In this document: positions 38,987-51,700 of the stretch, in pieces
How the letters are laid out: every line of letters starts with the position of its first letter
Position numbering within the stretch: the first letter of the stretch is position 1
Assembly (NCBI GenBank): GCA_001949185.1
Contig: BDGG01000006.1
Span: forward strand, 1-64,000
Direction of reading: 5' to 3'
Source of the DNA: Ramazzottius varieornatus
Taxonomy: Eukaryota; Animalia; Tardigrada
DNA: 64,000 nt
Notes under the pieces: generated by a model
Database searches by the model: none
What the model saw: the letters and a program-made list of their open reading frames with translations, nothing else
What the model was told of the DNA's origin: nothing
Position numbers and translations under genes: made by a program

Positions 38987-41000
38987 CTAATCAAGGCTAC
39001 AAACAACGTCCCAAAACATTCACCTGCAATGAACAGATAAACTTCTTATAGCAACCTGCAGCCAGAGCCTATGACGGCTAAGAACCAACACATACAGTAT
39101 ACTGACCCCTCCAAGTACGGAGTTGACCGATGCTGCATCGTCCGCAGATTTAGCCAGCTGGTTCTGGATAATGGATTGAATCTTGGAAATGATCGACGAT
39201 CCGGATATTTGCGCCCCCGAAAATGTGATGTACTGCAGAAAAAAAGAAGGGTATTATACACAATACTCCAGTTCCGCATCCCATGACGTCTGCTCGCCAA
39301 ATGTTAGTCATTTGACGCCTCATTATTCCAACTCTTCGTCATTGTCAGTTTCTTACTATCATCCAATATTGGATTGAAGACAGCGCCTCGCCCAAAGTCA
39401 TGGAAAAGTAGGCAGAATAGTCGATATCAGGAGTGACCGGAAGAACCAGGCTAGGTGTACTGCTGAGGTCGCCACTTTTGCTTTCATCGTTGTCAGCTTT
39501 AAACTGCGCATTGGAATGGGATATGCGAACAGTGGAGGCATTCAAGGTTGTTCGCTATTGGAACATGCGACGAAGCCGCGATCTTCCGGCTGTGCTCTGC
39601 ACTTTCTGTTCAGCCCCCTTGGCCGTATCAATGGTGATACCAGCAACACAATAACCTGCATGGTGGAGGCATGCGGAGAACCAGGGCGCACTACGTCATG
39701 ATGAGGAAATAACAGGAACCCAGGATGATGAAGGTCAGCTCGATGCCCACATGGGCTTCTTCCGTCTTGTGAAAATTGGGACCGATTAATGCTACAACGA
39801 AACTTGGCCGCATCAAGCAGTCGTCTTACCGTCATAACTGCTAATCAGGAAAAACAGCCATGACAGGAAGCCTTTAGGCTCTTTTGTAAACACAATGGCA
39901 CTGGCCTCACCCAACTTGATCACTCGTCAATATTGTCGCCATATTTCTTCGATTCACATATTTGCCACTAGAGATGGAATAAGTGTGACTAAGTTCCATT
40001 TGGTAAATTCTCACACTGAATCGAACGTTTCGGTATGAAGTCCACACCGGTATTTTCGATTTGGTAAGTTGCTGCATCAAAATTTCATTTACCAAACCAA
40101 ATCACACCGAAATATCGGTAAATCGATAATATCAACGGAAAAACCCAGATGACACTGGCGCAAAACGGGCAATCGTATCATTCGATTGTGAGACGTTTTC
40201 CTTCACTGGACGGCTGGCTGTCTGACTAGCTGATAGAACTACAGTCTGTAATTCCAAAACTTTCTCGTGTTCGCTGAAAAATTAGTGAAACTTTCATCTT
40301 TCTAGGCCCTTTCGGTATGTTTCGATTGACCGAAAAATTTCGATCGGTTTGGGGCGAACGCATACCGAAATCGATTTTTCGATGCGAGGCTAACACTGAT
40401 AATTTCCGGTTTCGGTAACTTCTCATTCCCAATCGAAAAGTTCGTTTTGTTTTCGGTAATTTTCGGTAGATCACACTTATTCCATCTCTATTTGCCACTG
40501 TGATCTATGGGGGTTACTGTACCTTTCTGAGTGAAGGGTGAAAAGATTGATCCAGCTCCAAAGCCGCAAATGGCCAATCCAGCAGCCACGCCGCGAACTT
40601 GTGGGAACCATTTCTGTAGTGGGAGAGACGGGCGAGATGTAGGAGATACCCAAGCCTACCCCGCCGATCACGCCATAACCGACATAGATGATGGCGATCT
40701 GTTTAACATAAAGTCCTAGCGCTGTCATCAGGTTGCCAAAGAAGAAAAGGCTGGGGCCCAGAAGGAGGCCTTTCAACGGTCCACTGCGCTCTAGCCCAGG
40801 ACCCAGCAAGGCGTGCCGGCACTGACGCTGAAACCGGCCACCGCCACATAGAAGATGTTGACAGCTGCAAACAGTCGACATTTATAGTTGCGAGTCAGCA
40901 CCATCTGAGGTAGCTGAAGACCGCGTCAGAGAAGGAAGTGGAAAGGAGTCATCCCCCTGGCTTACCGAAAGCGCGGTCCACTCCGCCATTGCGGCCATAC
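38987..41000 (-). pseudogene. Tandem pseudogene paralog of the OFA-type MFS transporter
   Basis: Exon remnants GRNGGVDRAF|AVNIFYVAVA, GPLKGLLLG..GLGISYISPVSP (+1 frameshift), ALIGPNFHKT..IMT* (in-frame TAG), SIQYWMI|, ISKIQSIIQNQLAKSADDAA. Both ends are truncated. Confidence 0.9.
39920..40480. mobile_element. Insertion rich in ACCGAAA/TTTCGGT motifs enlarging a pseudogene intron (probable non-autonomous element)
   Basis: The homologous intron in the intact copy is about 100 nt but about 730 nt here. Many accgaaa/tttcggt motifs occur in both orientations. Confidence 0.4.
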
Positions 41001-41214
41001 CTAATTAAAGACAAGGGTTTTAATCATGGGACAGGTGTTTAAAGGGACGTGTCATACAGTTGTGCCTCGTAGGTAGATTGAAACCCGACCATGCGTACAG
41101 CGACCGAGTACAAGCCTGCAATAGTTATCAAACCCTTAATCAGCTGATGCAAGATTTAAGAGCAGAATGGAGTCATTAGAGGCTAAGATCTATTTGTGCT
41201 TGGCACGTACCTGA

Positions 41215-43556
41215 CGAGGGGATTATGCTTGTCCTCCGCCTTTCTGAAATATTCTGACATGATAGAATGATGGAGAAGAGTCTGCTCTATCGTCTGAAAC
41301 AGGCGTAGCTTGCGCAATGAAATCCTGGAAGACACTACAGGAACCGGAAGTGACGTCAAAATCCGGGCATTACATAGTTTATTCAATCAAGCGGTTTGAT
41401 TTCAGTGTTGTTGATTCGTTATTGATCGACAATGTTGCGCTGTGCTTTAGAATACAAGCTAATCAATTGTGCTGAGAAGTTTCCTTTCCTCTCTTTTGCC
41501 CCTCCTGATAGCGCCATGGAATCCGTTAATCCCCTCAACATCTTAAACCTACTGCTGTCGGACTACGAGCAACATCTCCAACTGAGCGACTCTCCGAGCG
41601 AATCTGACAAGATGTTGAAGACACTCATCGAAGGTACGAGTACTGTAAACTTCTACAGTTATGTCGATTTCCCAAAGCATATCTCAGGTTTGGTCTTGTG
41701 CTTACAGACTTCTTGGACGTCCAGATCGGCCAAGCTGGAAGTCCGATATCGGCCACTGAAGATCTTCGATATGAGCTCCCGATTGGCGTGTCGACGTTCG
41801 ATCAGCTGGAAAAGTCTATCGCTGAACCAAACTGTTCCATGGACATAGCGAAGCAGACTTCAAATCCACTCCGAATGATTTCCTTACCGAACCTGCTTCA
41901 AGTGGAACAGAACCTTCTTCCCATGAGCTGTTTGCACCCCGAAACCCGAATCCGAAAGAGGCACCAAACCAGGCTGCTGATTTTGCCTGCAAAAAACGTG
42001 CTGTTGGTTACTGGACCAATGTCTCTTCCAAGAAGCGTCGTAGCCTGGCCAGCGTGCAGGACAAGTTTAGGAAAGTCACCAGTACTCGCCAGCTGCGAGA
42101 ATGGAGAAATCACGTTAGAGAAGGAGGCTCGCGGATCGATAAGCTGAAAGCCCTACGACTGGAGACAGGAGAGAAGTTCTTCCTTGCCAAGCAAAAGCCT
42201 AACGTGGTGAAAGATTTGGATATTCAGCAGTGGGCAGTTACAGCCACCCGTGAGATTGGGCTTTCCGGTTTCACAGCTTCTCCTCATTGGGTTAGAAAGT
42301 TCAAGAAGTGAGGATAATGTCAGACATGATCATTTACTCGATAACGTTTAAGTTTTTGCCGTTTGTGGTCTTATCACTCGTTTGTAGATACTATAACCTC
42401 TGCGACGGGAAAATCACGAAGTTTGTCACCGAAAAGTACCTGAAAAAAGTACCGGACAGGAAGAAGAGTGCCAAAGAGTGCGTTGCTGATGTCGGAGAAA
42501 GAATCCAGGCGTACGGGAAACACTGTCGGTGGAATGCTGATCAGAGTGGATTCGAGTACGAGATGAGACCAGGTCGAACTCTGGATTTCGTCGGTGCAAA
42601 GCACGTTTTAGCACTCACACAGTCTCAGAACTCGATGACTCACAGCTACACGGTTAGGATATGCGTTTCACCAGGTGTCCGCAAGTTTCTGCCCGTTCTC
42701 TTCATCACGCTGCAAAAACCCAAAGGAATCTTAGGACCACTTGTGAAAAAGTCCATGTTTAAAGCTAGTAACCTGTGTGTCACTGCTTCCACGTCTGGCA
42801 AGATGACCAAGGAGCTCTACATCAAATGGTGCGAGGTTTTCTTTCCGCACATGAATCAGCACTGTATATTCCTTGCTGATTCTTGGTCGACGTTTCCTGA
42901 CCAAGAAGCCGTAGATGAAGTCAAACCGGAGGAATTGGAATACGAAATGATCACTATACCACCCAAAGTCACCGGTCAGATTCAGCCACTGGACGTTCTT
43001 TTACTCCGGATGTACAAAAGGTATTTCAGGAAGGTTTCGAACTGGATATTCTTGAACAATCAGCCGGTTCAAGTCCACCATCGGGACGTCATATTGAAAA
43101 TGCATTCCCTGATTCTCCTAGATTTTCTAACCTCATTACTCAAGCTTGGCATTTGTCAGGGTATGTCGACAGGTCCTTAGAATATTTTAACCCCACAGAA
43201 TTCTGTTTCCAAGGACTGACTGGTCGTTTTGACCATGATAAATGTGAGCTTTCCTTGCTTCTGAAATGTGGATGGTGTAAAGTTCCTCTATGCTTCCACC
43301 ACTTTTAGAAGGATATCATTTCTGTAAGATTTACCTTCCTTGACAATCTGAAGTTGAGTTTCGCATACAACATGAGGTCGATAAAATCAATAAGTGGGTA
43401 CCGCCCAGATTTTGACATCACTTCCGGTTCCTGTAGTATTTTCCAAGAATTGATTGCGCAAGCTACGCCTGTTTCAGACGATAGAGCAGACTCTTCTCCA
43501 TTATTCTATCATGTCAGAATATTTCAGAAAGGCGGAGGACAAGCATAAGCCCCTCG
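41215..43556 (+). mobile_element. Tc4/Tc5-like (pogo-related) DNA transposon with 154-bp TIRs; defective intron-containing transposase
   Basis: TIRs 41215-41368 and 43403-43556 start CGAGGGG. Flanks are C-TGA / TTA-G (CTNAG-type site). Transposase from ATG 41516 has introns at about 41634-41707 and 42308-42388, a CENP-B/Tc5 HTH (DIQQWA..FTASPHWVRKFKK) and catalytic NADQ / DSW / QPLD. Frameshifts near 41870 and 43110. Confidence 0.9.
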
Positions 43557-43880
43557 TTAGAATAGAACTTTTATACTTTGATCACAAATAACCAAGTGTA
43601 CACGCGCCTCCCCCAACTCTTGGCATATGGACGCTACTGTTAGTAGACCGCTTATTTCCGCGATCAGTGACTTGATCGAACCGACTGAAGTGTATCAAGA
43701 TAGCTCAGGAATCTGTCAAGTCCAGCAGGTCAAATCAAAGCAGTGAATCTTTGGGGAGGGCTGAAACACTTGTGTCCGTGCCAAGAGTTAGAAGAGGCTC
43801 GTGTACTTGCGTAGCTCTTGGGGTTATCTTGGGCGCCTTGTCGCTGCCATACTTGACCTCACGAAATCGACACATGTTTC

Positions 43881-46641
43881 TCAATCTACGGACTGAGTCT
43901 TTCCTTTGGTAAGGGCAGAGGGAAGGCCGGGCGACTGACTAACAACTTGATGGCTATCGAAGAGAGGATCCCCCTTGCCGTCGACCATAGTGCTTGTGGC
44001 CGTTGGTTGTGGGGCCAACGACTGCAAATAGGCAGCCCATTCCACCTTTTCCTCTTCCTTCGACAACCACACTGGTCTCCACCTGACCAATCGCACAAGT
44101 CTACCATCCAAAAAGCGGAATCTCAAGACTTCACCGGCTATTTTGGGCAGCTTGCGGTCGCGCAGATGTGTAGGGATAAAGAGGCAGACAAGAAAAGACA
44201 AGAGGACAGGAGCCAGGATCCAGCGAAAGTTGAGGTCATACCAGCGCATGCTGTCGTCCGGATAGAGCTTCTTCTGTTTATTGTACACAGCGGAAAAGAT
44301 CAGGCCACCAGCAACGGCGTCAATGGCCCATGCCGTCAGGATGACTCCATGGGTAGCCCCCACATTCTGTCAAGGTGATTGCTGACACATTTCATCCACT
44401 TCCATTGATGCAAGACAAGTTACCTTTGCCCCAAACTGGTCCGCCAAGAAGGCCGGAATCATTCCAAATCCTCCACCATCTGTAACAACAACACAAACTT
44501 CAATGACACATGTAAGAGGGCCCACGCACTCCATCAGACGGTGCACTGTATCATCCAGAACGAAATGATGGGTCACTGGGAGGCGCCACTTGACTGAGTT
44601 GAAAGGGGGCAACGCTGCAACCTGACTGGCGGCCTTCGACCATGGTCCAGTCAATCCAGTCAACCTTACTTTCAAAACAACTTGAGGCTTAAAAGTATAC
44701 TTTGGACGGCTGAGAGACTGTGTAGAGGTGGGCAAGTAGAAAAACCGAGGGTAATTGGATCGTACTCACAGAAAAAGCCAATGATGAAGGCGCATGCTAA
44801 AACGCCAGCGTAGCTCCTGGCATCTAGTGCAGAAGGCAGACATCCCAGGCAAACGGCTTGACAGGCCAGCGACAGGACGAACAAGGGCTTGCGGGATTTG
44901 ATCAGATCAGAGATGAGGGGAAGGACCAAACGTCCCGACAGGTTCAGCTGTAACACAACACCGCGGATCAGTACATATAAGTAGCTTTCACTGAGAGAAC
45001 AATGGGGCCCTTTCCATACGGCATAGAACTGACAAGCCATCAGATATGACTTACTCCTCCAAGGATAGAGTTGACTACAGCTGCATCGTCGGCACTTCTT
45101 CCTAGCTGATTCTGAACGATGGACTGGATCTTGGAAATGATTAGCAATCCGGTAATTTCCGCTCCCATAAACATGACGTACTACAAAGAAGAGCGGGGTT
45201 ATCACGCCAAGAACATTGGGCTGCCAAGTTGCGAGTTACTGTTCATACTATCATCCAGTACTGGACTGAAGTCAAAGCTTCCATAAGGATCATGGAAAAG
45301 TGGGCAGAGTAATCAATTTGCGGTACTACGCGAACAAGGACGCTGCTGCCGTCTTCCTTGTTCTGACCATCATTTGTTCGGCCAGAAGTGGAGAAAGCGA
45401 TGGGAGGAGTGGAGGCTTCCAAGTTGGTCTTGCGATGAAGAGCCCGACGTAGCCATGTTTTCTGGGGTGTCCTTTGAAGGTCCACCTTGCGTTCAGCTCC
45501 CTTGACCGTCTCGATATTGATACCACGAACAGTGTAACCTGGTGGAGGCATGCGCAGAATCAGGGCGCACAGCGTCATGATGAGGAAATAGCAGGAGCCC
45601 AGGATGACGAAGGTCAGCTCGATGCCCACATGGGCTTCTCCCGTCTTGTGAAAGTTGGGACCAATTAAGGCTGCAAAGGACGGGCTCATACACAATAATC
45701 TACAACGAGTTGATACAGCCTCTTTCCGCTCCTCTTGTGGAAGGATGAGAATAGAAGGGCCTAGCTACCTTTTTGCGTGAAGGGGGAAAAGACGGAGCCG
45801 GCACCGAAGCCGCAAACGGCCAAGCCAGCTGCCACACCGCGAATTTCTGGGAACCATTTCTGTAGGGGAGAGACGGGCGAGATGTAGGAAATGCCAAGGC
45901 CCATGGCGCCAAAGACCCCTACAGCATCAACTAAAGCTCAACGGTCAGAGCTCAAGGGAGAAGAATGGGATGTATAATCTTACCGTAGCCAATGTAGACG
46001 ATGGCCAGCTGCTTGACGTATACTCCCAAGGCCGTCAGCAAGTTGCCAAAGAAGAAGAGGCCGGATCCTAGAAGTAAGCCCTTCAATGGGCCGTTTCGTT
46101 CCAACCATGGTCCCAGCAGCGCCGCGCTGATAGCAAAGATGGCCACCGCCACGTAAAAGACGTTGACCACTGTATCCAATAATGATGATCATAAGAACTT
46201 TTCCTATGGTTCGTCATCGGCACAGAAAGAAGAACAGGATGACCAGCCTTACCGATGGCACGATCCACACCGCCGTTCCGACCAAACAGTTGGGCTTCAA
46301 TGGGAAGGTTAAAGCCGGACCAGGCATACAAGGAGCCGCAACAAGCCTGCAAGATGGGCAGGATTTGTTACTGAAGTCACGGGCAAAATGTAATAAATGG
46401 CCAATTAATTTGAGGATGCGGATCGTACCTGGACGAGGACGGCGCAGGGCATCAGCATGTATCGGTTGAAGGGAATGAGACGGGGTACCAGCCATCTTTC
46501 CCGCTCCAGTTGTTGCTCGCTCCGTTCAAACTTGGTATGAGTGTAATGGTATACAAAAGCCTTTTTGGGCCACAACAAGACATTGCACTTTTCGGCCTGG
46601 AATTTCGCCCTGGCGCTGGACATTGCGCCGATGCCGACCAT
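43881..46641 (-). CDS. MFS transporter, oxalate:formate antiporter (OFA/OxlT/YhjX-like) family; apparently intact, multi-exon
   Basis: FNRYMLMPCAVLVQ|ACCGSLYAWSGFN, GPWLERNGP, GLGISYISPVSPLQKWFPEIRGVAAGLAVCGFGAGS, NLSGRL..SD, YGGGFGMIPAFLADQFGAKNVGATHGVILTAW. All junctions checked are in phase. Confidence 0.88.
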
Positions 46642-47186
46642 CAATCCATCCGTCAACAATTATCCGTCCACAAGATTACTGCTGCTGCTGCTGTAGCAGT
46701 AGGAGGCAACAGAGCCAATGCCATCTTGTCCATAGATGAGGAACAGGATAGATATACCAACGACCTCTCATGCTGTACCAAAGAATAACCTTGCCTGCCT
46801 TTGCGACAACAGGTTGGTCTACATAATGTTTCGATGTGGAAATGTCAGCCTTCTTGGCCTAACATTACTGCCGAGATCGACAGATGAAATATGTCATAAC
46901 TTGTGGCGATGTATGCTTTTTTGTCAGTCGATTGCCACATAACATTGTCGGTGTCTCAATGGTCCTGGACGAGAAATATTGCCTCTTGATGGTTTCTTAC
47001 GTGCAGCCATGCGACTCAGACGGTACAGCTTCTTCATCACTGAACTGCAATGCCGGGAATGCTGGGCAACCCGATGTCACATGACTCGATCTACGATTGA
47101 TTACTGTTGCAACGTCACCTGACATCGGGTTGGCAAGCCGGCCCGACGTAGTACTAATTTACTGCCCCACCCTTCCGCTTATCTAA

Positions 47187-47470
47187 GGCTGAGTTTCGTA
47201 AGTCAACCCAGTTGATAACCCGACACGTGATTGCTGACGTCAGTGCTAAGGACGAACATTAGAAAGATGCTTGAAAAAGACGAGCTTGGACAATCAAACT
47301 GCACTGTGATTTACGCGTGCTTGATTGAATCGGATTAACCGTTAACTAGCCATTTTATGCTAGTTAACCGGTAACCCAGCACGTACCCCGTTCGTGATGT
47401 TCGTGATGTCGACAGTCACGTGTGCAAAAGCTGGTTGTTAACTAGGATTTTTGACTTACGAAACGCAGCC
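47187..47470. mobile_element. PIF/Harbinger-type (Tourist-like) MITE
   Basis: TIR ggctgagtttcgtaagtcaa / ttgacttacgaaacgcagcc, flanked by TAA and TGA in a CTNAG context. Confidence 0.7.
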
Positions 47471-47473
47471 TGA

Positions 47474-48299
47474 GGCCGGGTACATTTAGTCGACTGGGTC
47501 GTCATAAGTGACGAGGTCGTTATGAAGATCTATGTAGACTTTGTGAATGCGCAGGAAAAGCTAGTTGGTTTGGTAGACGGAATTATGAGCAAACTCGCAG
47601 TAAATTACTTGATTTGATCAACTAGCGTTCGAGAATGATTGCCAACTGGGTCGGCTACCCACTGACTGTCGTAACTTTGTATATTCTCACTGCGCGTATC
47701 CTTCAAATTCGAAGATTTTCCATTGTTGGATCTGTCTTCATTCCATATCAAGAAAGACGATAAAGATGCGGGGAAGATTTCAGGGCTTCACAAGCAGTGG
47801 AAGAAATTCTAAGACAATAGTGCACCAGCACCGGAGGGCCTTCTTGCAAGATGTTGTTGAAACGCTTTGCCCATACCAAACGAAAACAACAATTAATTAT
47901 ATTCTGCCCTCAAAGCTTCCAGGAATAGCCAGCGACAGAAAAAAAAACTTATTTTCCAAATGTTCGAGGTCGCAAGCCGGAAGCTGGACGAGGAAAGGGA
48001 AGTTGGGTTGAAAGCTACTAGTCTCTTTTGGCTAGTAGCTGCGGTAGACACTTTATAATAGAGTTGGTTGGCTACTCTGGTCGTCCACCCCGATGCGTTC
48101 ACAAAGTCGACGTAGTTGGCAACGTGGTTAATTGAAACGTAGTAGAAATGACTCATCTCAAAAGTTTTCGACTTTATGAACGATTTTTGGGTTGTTATGA
48201 GCTACCCACCTCTGGGTTGGAAAAAGTCGCCTTTTGTGAACGCGAGTTCATCATAATATTCCTAACGACCTAGTAGGCTACCAATAAACGAACACGGCC
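47474..48299. mobile_element. Second, older Harbinger-like non-autonomous element abutting the first
   Basis: Ends ggccgggtacattta..ggtcgt / acgacc..taaacgaacacggcc, flanked by TGA and TAA. Internal inverted motif gactttgtgaatgc / gcgttcacaaagtc. Confidence 0.45.
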
Positions 48300-48705
48300 T
48301 AAGAGTAACTTTACAAGAAAATCGATAGTGAATATGGCGCAAACCTTGCAACAGCAGTATTAAACTCGGAAAATGAGTTTCTTTTACGAGAGGAATTGGC
48401 ACCGTCTCACAAGAGAAAAAAAGAGCTTAGCTTTGATCCATCAAGACAAAAAGGAAACGACGTACAAGTTATAATGGATAAAAACTGGAAAAGATGACGA
48501 AGCCACAGACCAACTCGTCAAAGTTAATGGCCAATTTGCCGACATGGCTACAAACGGCTTTTATTATAGGGCTTTCCGCGAGAAACATCAGATTGTTAAC
48601 CAAGTTGCCAACAGACACTACCATCACATGACAGGTTGGTAGGGACTATATATCACCGACCCCCCATAAAAAGAGTGGAAAGCGACCAGGAGGACCGTGT
48701 GTTGA

Positions 48706-51700
48706 TTAACGATTGTGGTTAGTATTACTGGTGGGATAAATGGTCACCTTGACGTAGCTGGTGGGCACGAAGCCTTCGTCGTTGTTGGAGCGGCGCCGCG
48801 CATGCGTCCAACCGTCACCCTGGTCGGCTTCCAGGATCAGCAGCACTTCCCCCTCCTCAAAGGATAGTGCGCCTTCACTTTGAGCTGCAAGCAAGGAAGG
48901 AAAGAAGCAAGGAAGCAGGCCCAGTGCTGAATAAGCTGTAGCATCAGGGGGAAGATGGTCAAAGAGGGCAATGAATACCTTCAAAGTCGTAGAGGGCCAG
49001 ACAGGTGCCGACAATCTCCTCTTCACCGGGTGCCGCCTCGTAAAAGTCCTGCTCGCCATCGTCCAGCCCAGTGGTGGCTACAGCTGGCGAGTGACTATGG
49101 TGGCTGTTGCTGATGGTAGCCTGCTTGATGCTGGACTGGGAAGGACTAGGACTGGGCACCAAGGAGTCGGCACTGCCCCGAGTGGCCTGATGACTGTTGC
49201 TGGACAGGCTGACTTGCGATGGCCCTCGAGGCTGACTGTGGCCCTGTAGCTGCTGCTCCGTCTCTTCCAGACAAACCTACCGGTAAAGGCCCACTACACA
49301 AAGGCCAGGCAGAAGGAGGCAGCCGCAGGCCTTACCTGTAAGCGAGCCAGTTCCCCTCGGAGGTTGTCCAGCTTGACGGCGTTCTCCTGCAGTTGCCCAT
49401 TGACGCTGTTGGGGTCGCCCATCGAGGGGTTAGCCTCATAGACACCCTTCATCTTCATCAGGGCGTCGCGTGTATTGCTCTCTTGCCTGATGTAGGCGTT
49501 AAGCTGCTTAATGTGCTCCAAGACCTTTCGCTTGCGTTGCTGCGGAGGCTGGTCGCTAAAATCATCCCTGACTAGCTCCTTGCCCTACATCCAAGGCAAT
49601 GCAAGCGCTAGGCAGGCAGACCATGACAAATCAGAAAGGCCCTGGCCTACCTTTGTGCCGGGGAAGATGCCAATGAGGGTCTTGCGCTGCTTCTTCTCCA
49701 GCTGCGAGACGGTGCGAACCGAGCCGGAGCGGATGGGTGGATAGTGGTTGTGCAGCGTGCCGTTGTCGACACTCTTGCCATCCTCCAGGTTCCAAAAGAC
49801 AATGTCGCCCGGGTGGTCAAAGCCCGACTTGTAGCGCTCCACCACCACAAGAGCATCCTACAGCCAGACACATCACCTCAACTTATCATCAACAACGTGC
49901 AGTGATAAGGCTACCTACCGCTTGAGGGTTGACTTCTTCGGCCGACTTAATCATCTCCAGCAGGCACTTGTCAATGATGGGCTGAATCTTGCGCTCAATG
50001 TCGGCCGCCTGCTTGACCGAGTCGCGAACCTGCAGTGTTTTGCGCTGGTCCAGCTCTTGCATGCGCTGAAAGACGCTGGGGATCATCTGCTCGTAGAAGG
50101 TCCGCTGGAAGGTGTTGGTCTCTTGCAACTTGGAGGCGTAATCCTGCTTGGCCAGCTCAAACTCTTCGGCCTTTTTCCGCGCCACCATCTTGTGCTATAT
50201 ACGACCACAGACACAGACATAATTATGGTCCTATCAGAGCAACACGAGGACCTGACGAGGAATGTAACTTACCTCTTCGACGGCTTTCCTGGACAGTTCC
50301 TGATTCTCGTCGGCTTTCAGGAACAAGTCTTGAGCTTTCTGCGCTTCGCGATAGGCCTTCTCATATAACCTCTTGTACTGCAAAGAGAAGAAAGTTGCCT
50401 AGTCCTTTGGTATGCTAGGAACGACGAGAGAAGCAGTCCTGCGGAGCTATCTAGCTCGTTTAGCTCATTTCGCCTTTCTTCTACGAGGTTTTTGCAAAAC
50501 GCTCATCCAGGTTCATGCGCTGCACAACCCTGTTTTACGTTTTCGTAGAAAAAAGGCAGATTTAGCTGGCGAGCTAAAACGAGCTAAATAGCTCCGCAGC
50601 TCTGGAGAGAAGTGCTACCTTTTCCAGTTGTTGAATGTAACTCTCCAAGGTCTTTTGGATGCGACTGGCCTCGTCCAAGTAGCGCTTGCGCTCTTCGCGC
50701 AGCTCCTTGGACTGCAGCTGCACCTTCTGGACAATGTGGGCTTGCAACTCTTCGGCCAGCCGCTCGTGCTGGCCGGCCAGATCGTTAACTTCGCCCGACA
50801 AGCGCGTAAAGGCCCGCAAACAGCTAAACTGACTGTCTTCCTCCTCCTTCTTCTTTGTCTGGAAACTCTTGACCAAGTTCCTGCAACAGAGTGGCCACTT
50901 ATAAGTTGGGTCCCGCTATGGCCCAATAACTGCCCGGTGCTTCCTTACTTGAGATCACGGGCGTACTTCAGTTCGACCTGACAGCGTTCCTTGAAGAACT
51001 GCGCCAGCCGATCTAGAAAATCAATGCCTTTCTGCGTGTGAGCGGCCACTGCATCGTGCCGGTCCTGCAACACAACGTAAAAGGAACCACTCAACTATTC
51101 GACCCATAATCCCCCCCCCCGCCGCCATCATGATGCTGCTGCAGTGGAGTGGCCTGTAACACAGTGTCTGCAACGACGTCACATCTCCTTGGCTAGCCCA
51201 GACAATTTGGAGCCTAATGGCCCTGACGTCACCAATCTCCTCACACTTGACAAGATGCAACAACCATCGAAAAAGCTCATTCCGACGCGTTGGGGAAAGA
51301 GGGCTGGCAAGAACTGCCGACCAAAGCACTCAATCGTCATACAAATTAAGAGCACTGATGGCCGCTAATAGCTCTGTACTGACACGGCCACCAAAAAACG
51401 GCGGAGGAAAAGCTCAATACATCCTCTGCAGCAGCTGCTCTTCTCCAACGTCACACCCTTTTATTCCCTTCTGGCCTATCAAGACTAGCTAGTGTCGACA
51501 GCAGCACACTCTGTCAAGCCAAATGGCTTCGCATAACTGTAGTCATATCAGTTATTATAAAAGGGAGAGCCCCCAAGCCACATCTTGAGGGAGCTCCACG
51601 ACAAGTTGGTGAGCGAATGTGGGTCAACATTACCAACCGATGACAAGCCTAAGCTCTTCACGCCATCCGAGCCAAACTCTGCCAAACTTGTTTCGAGTCG

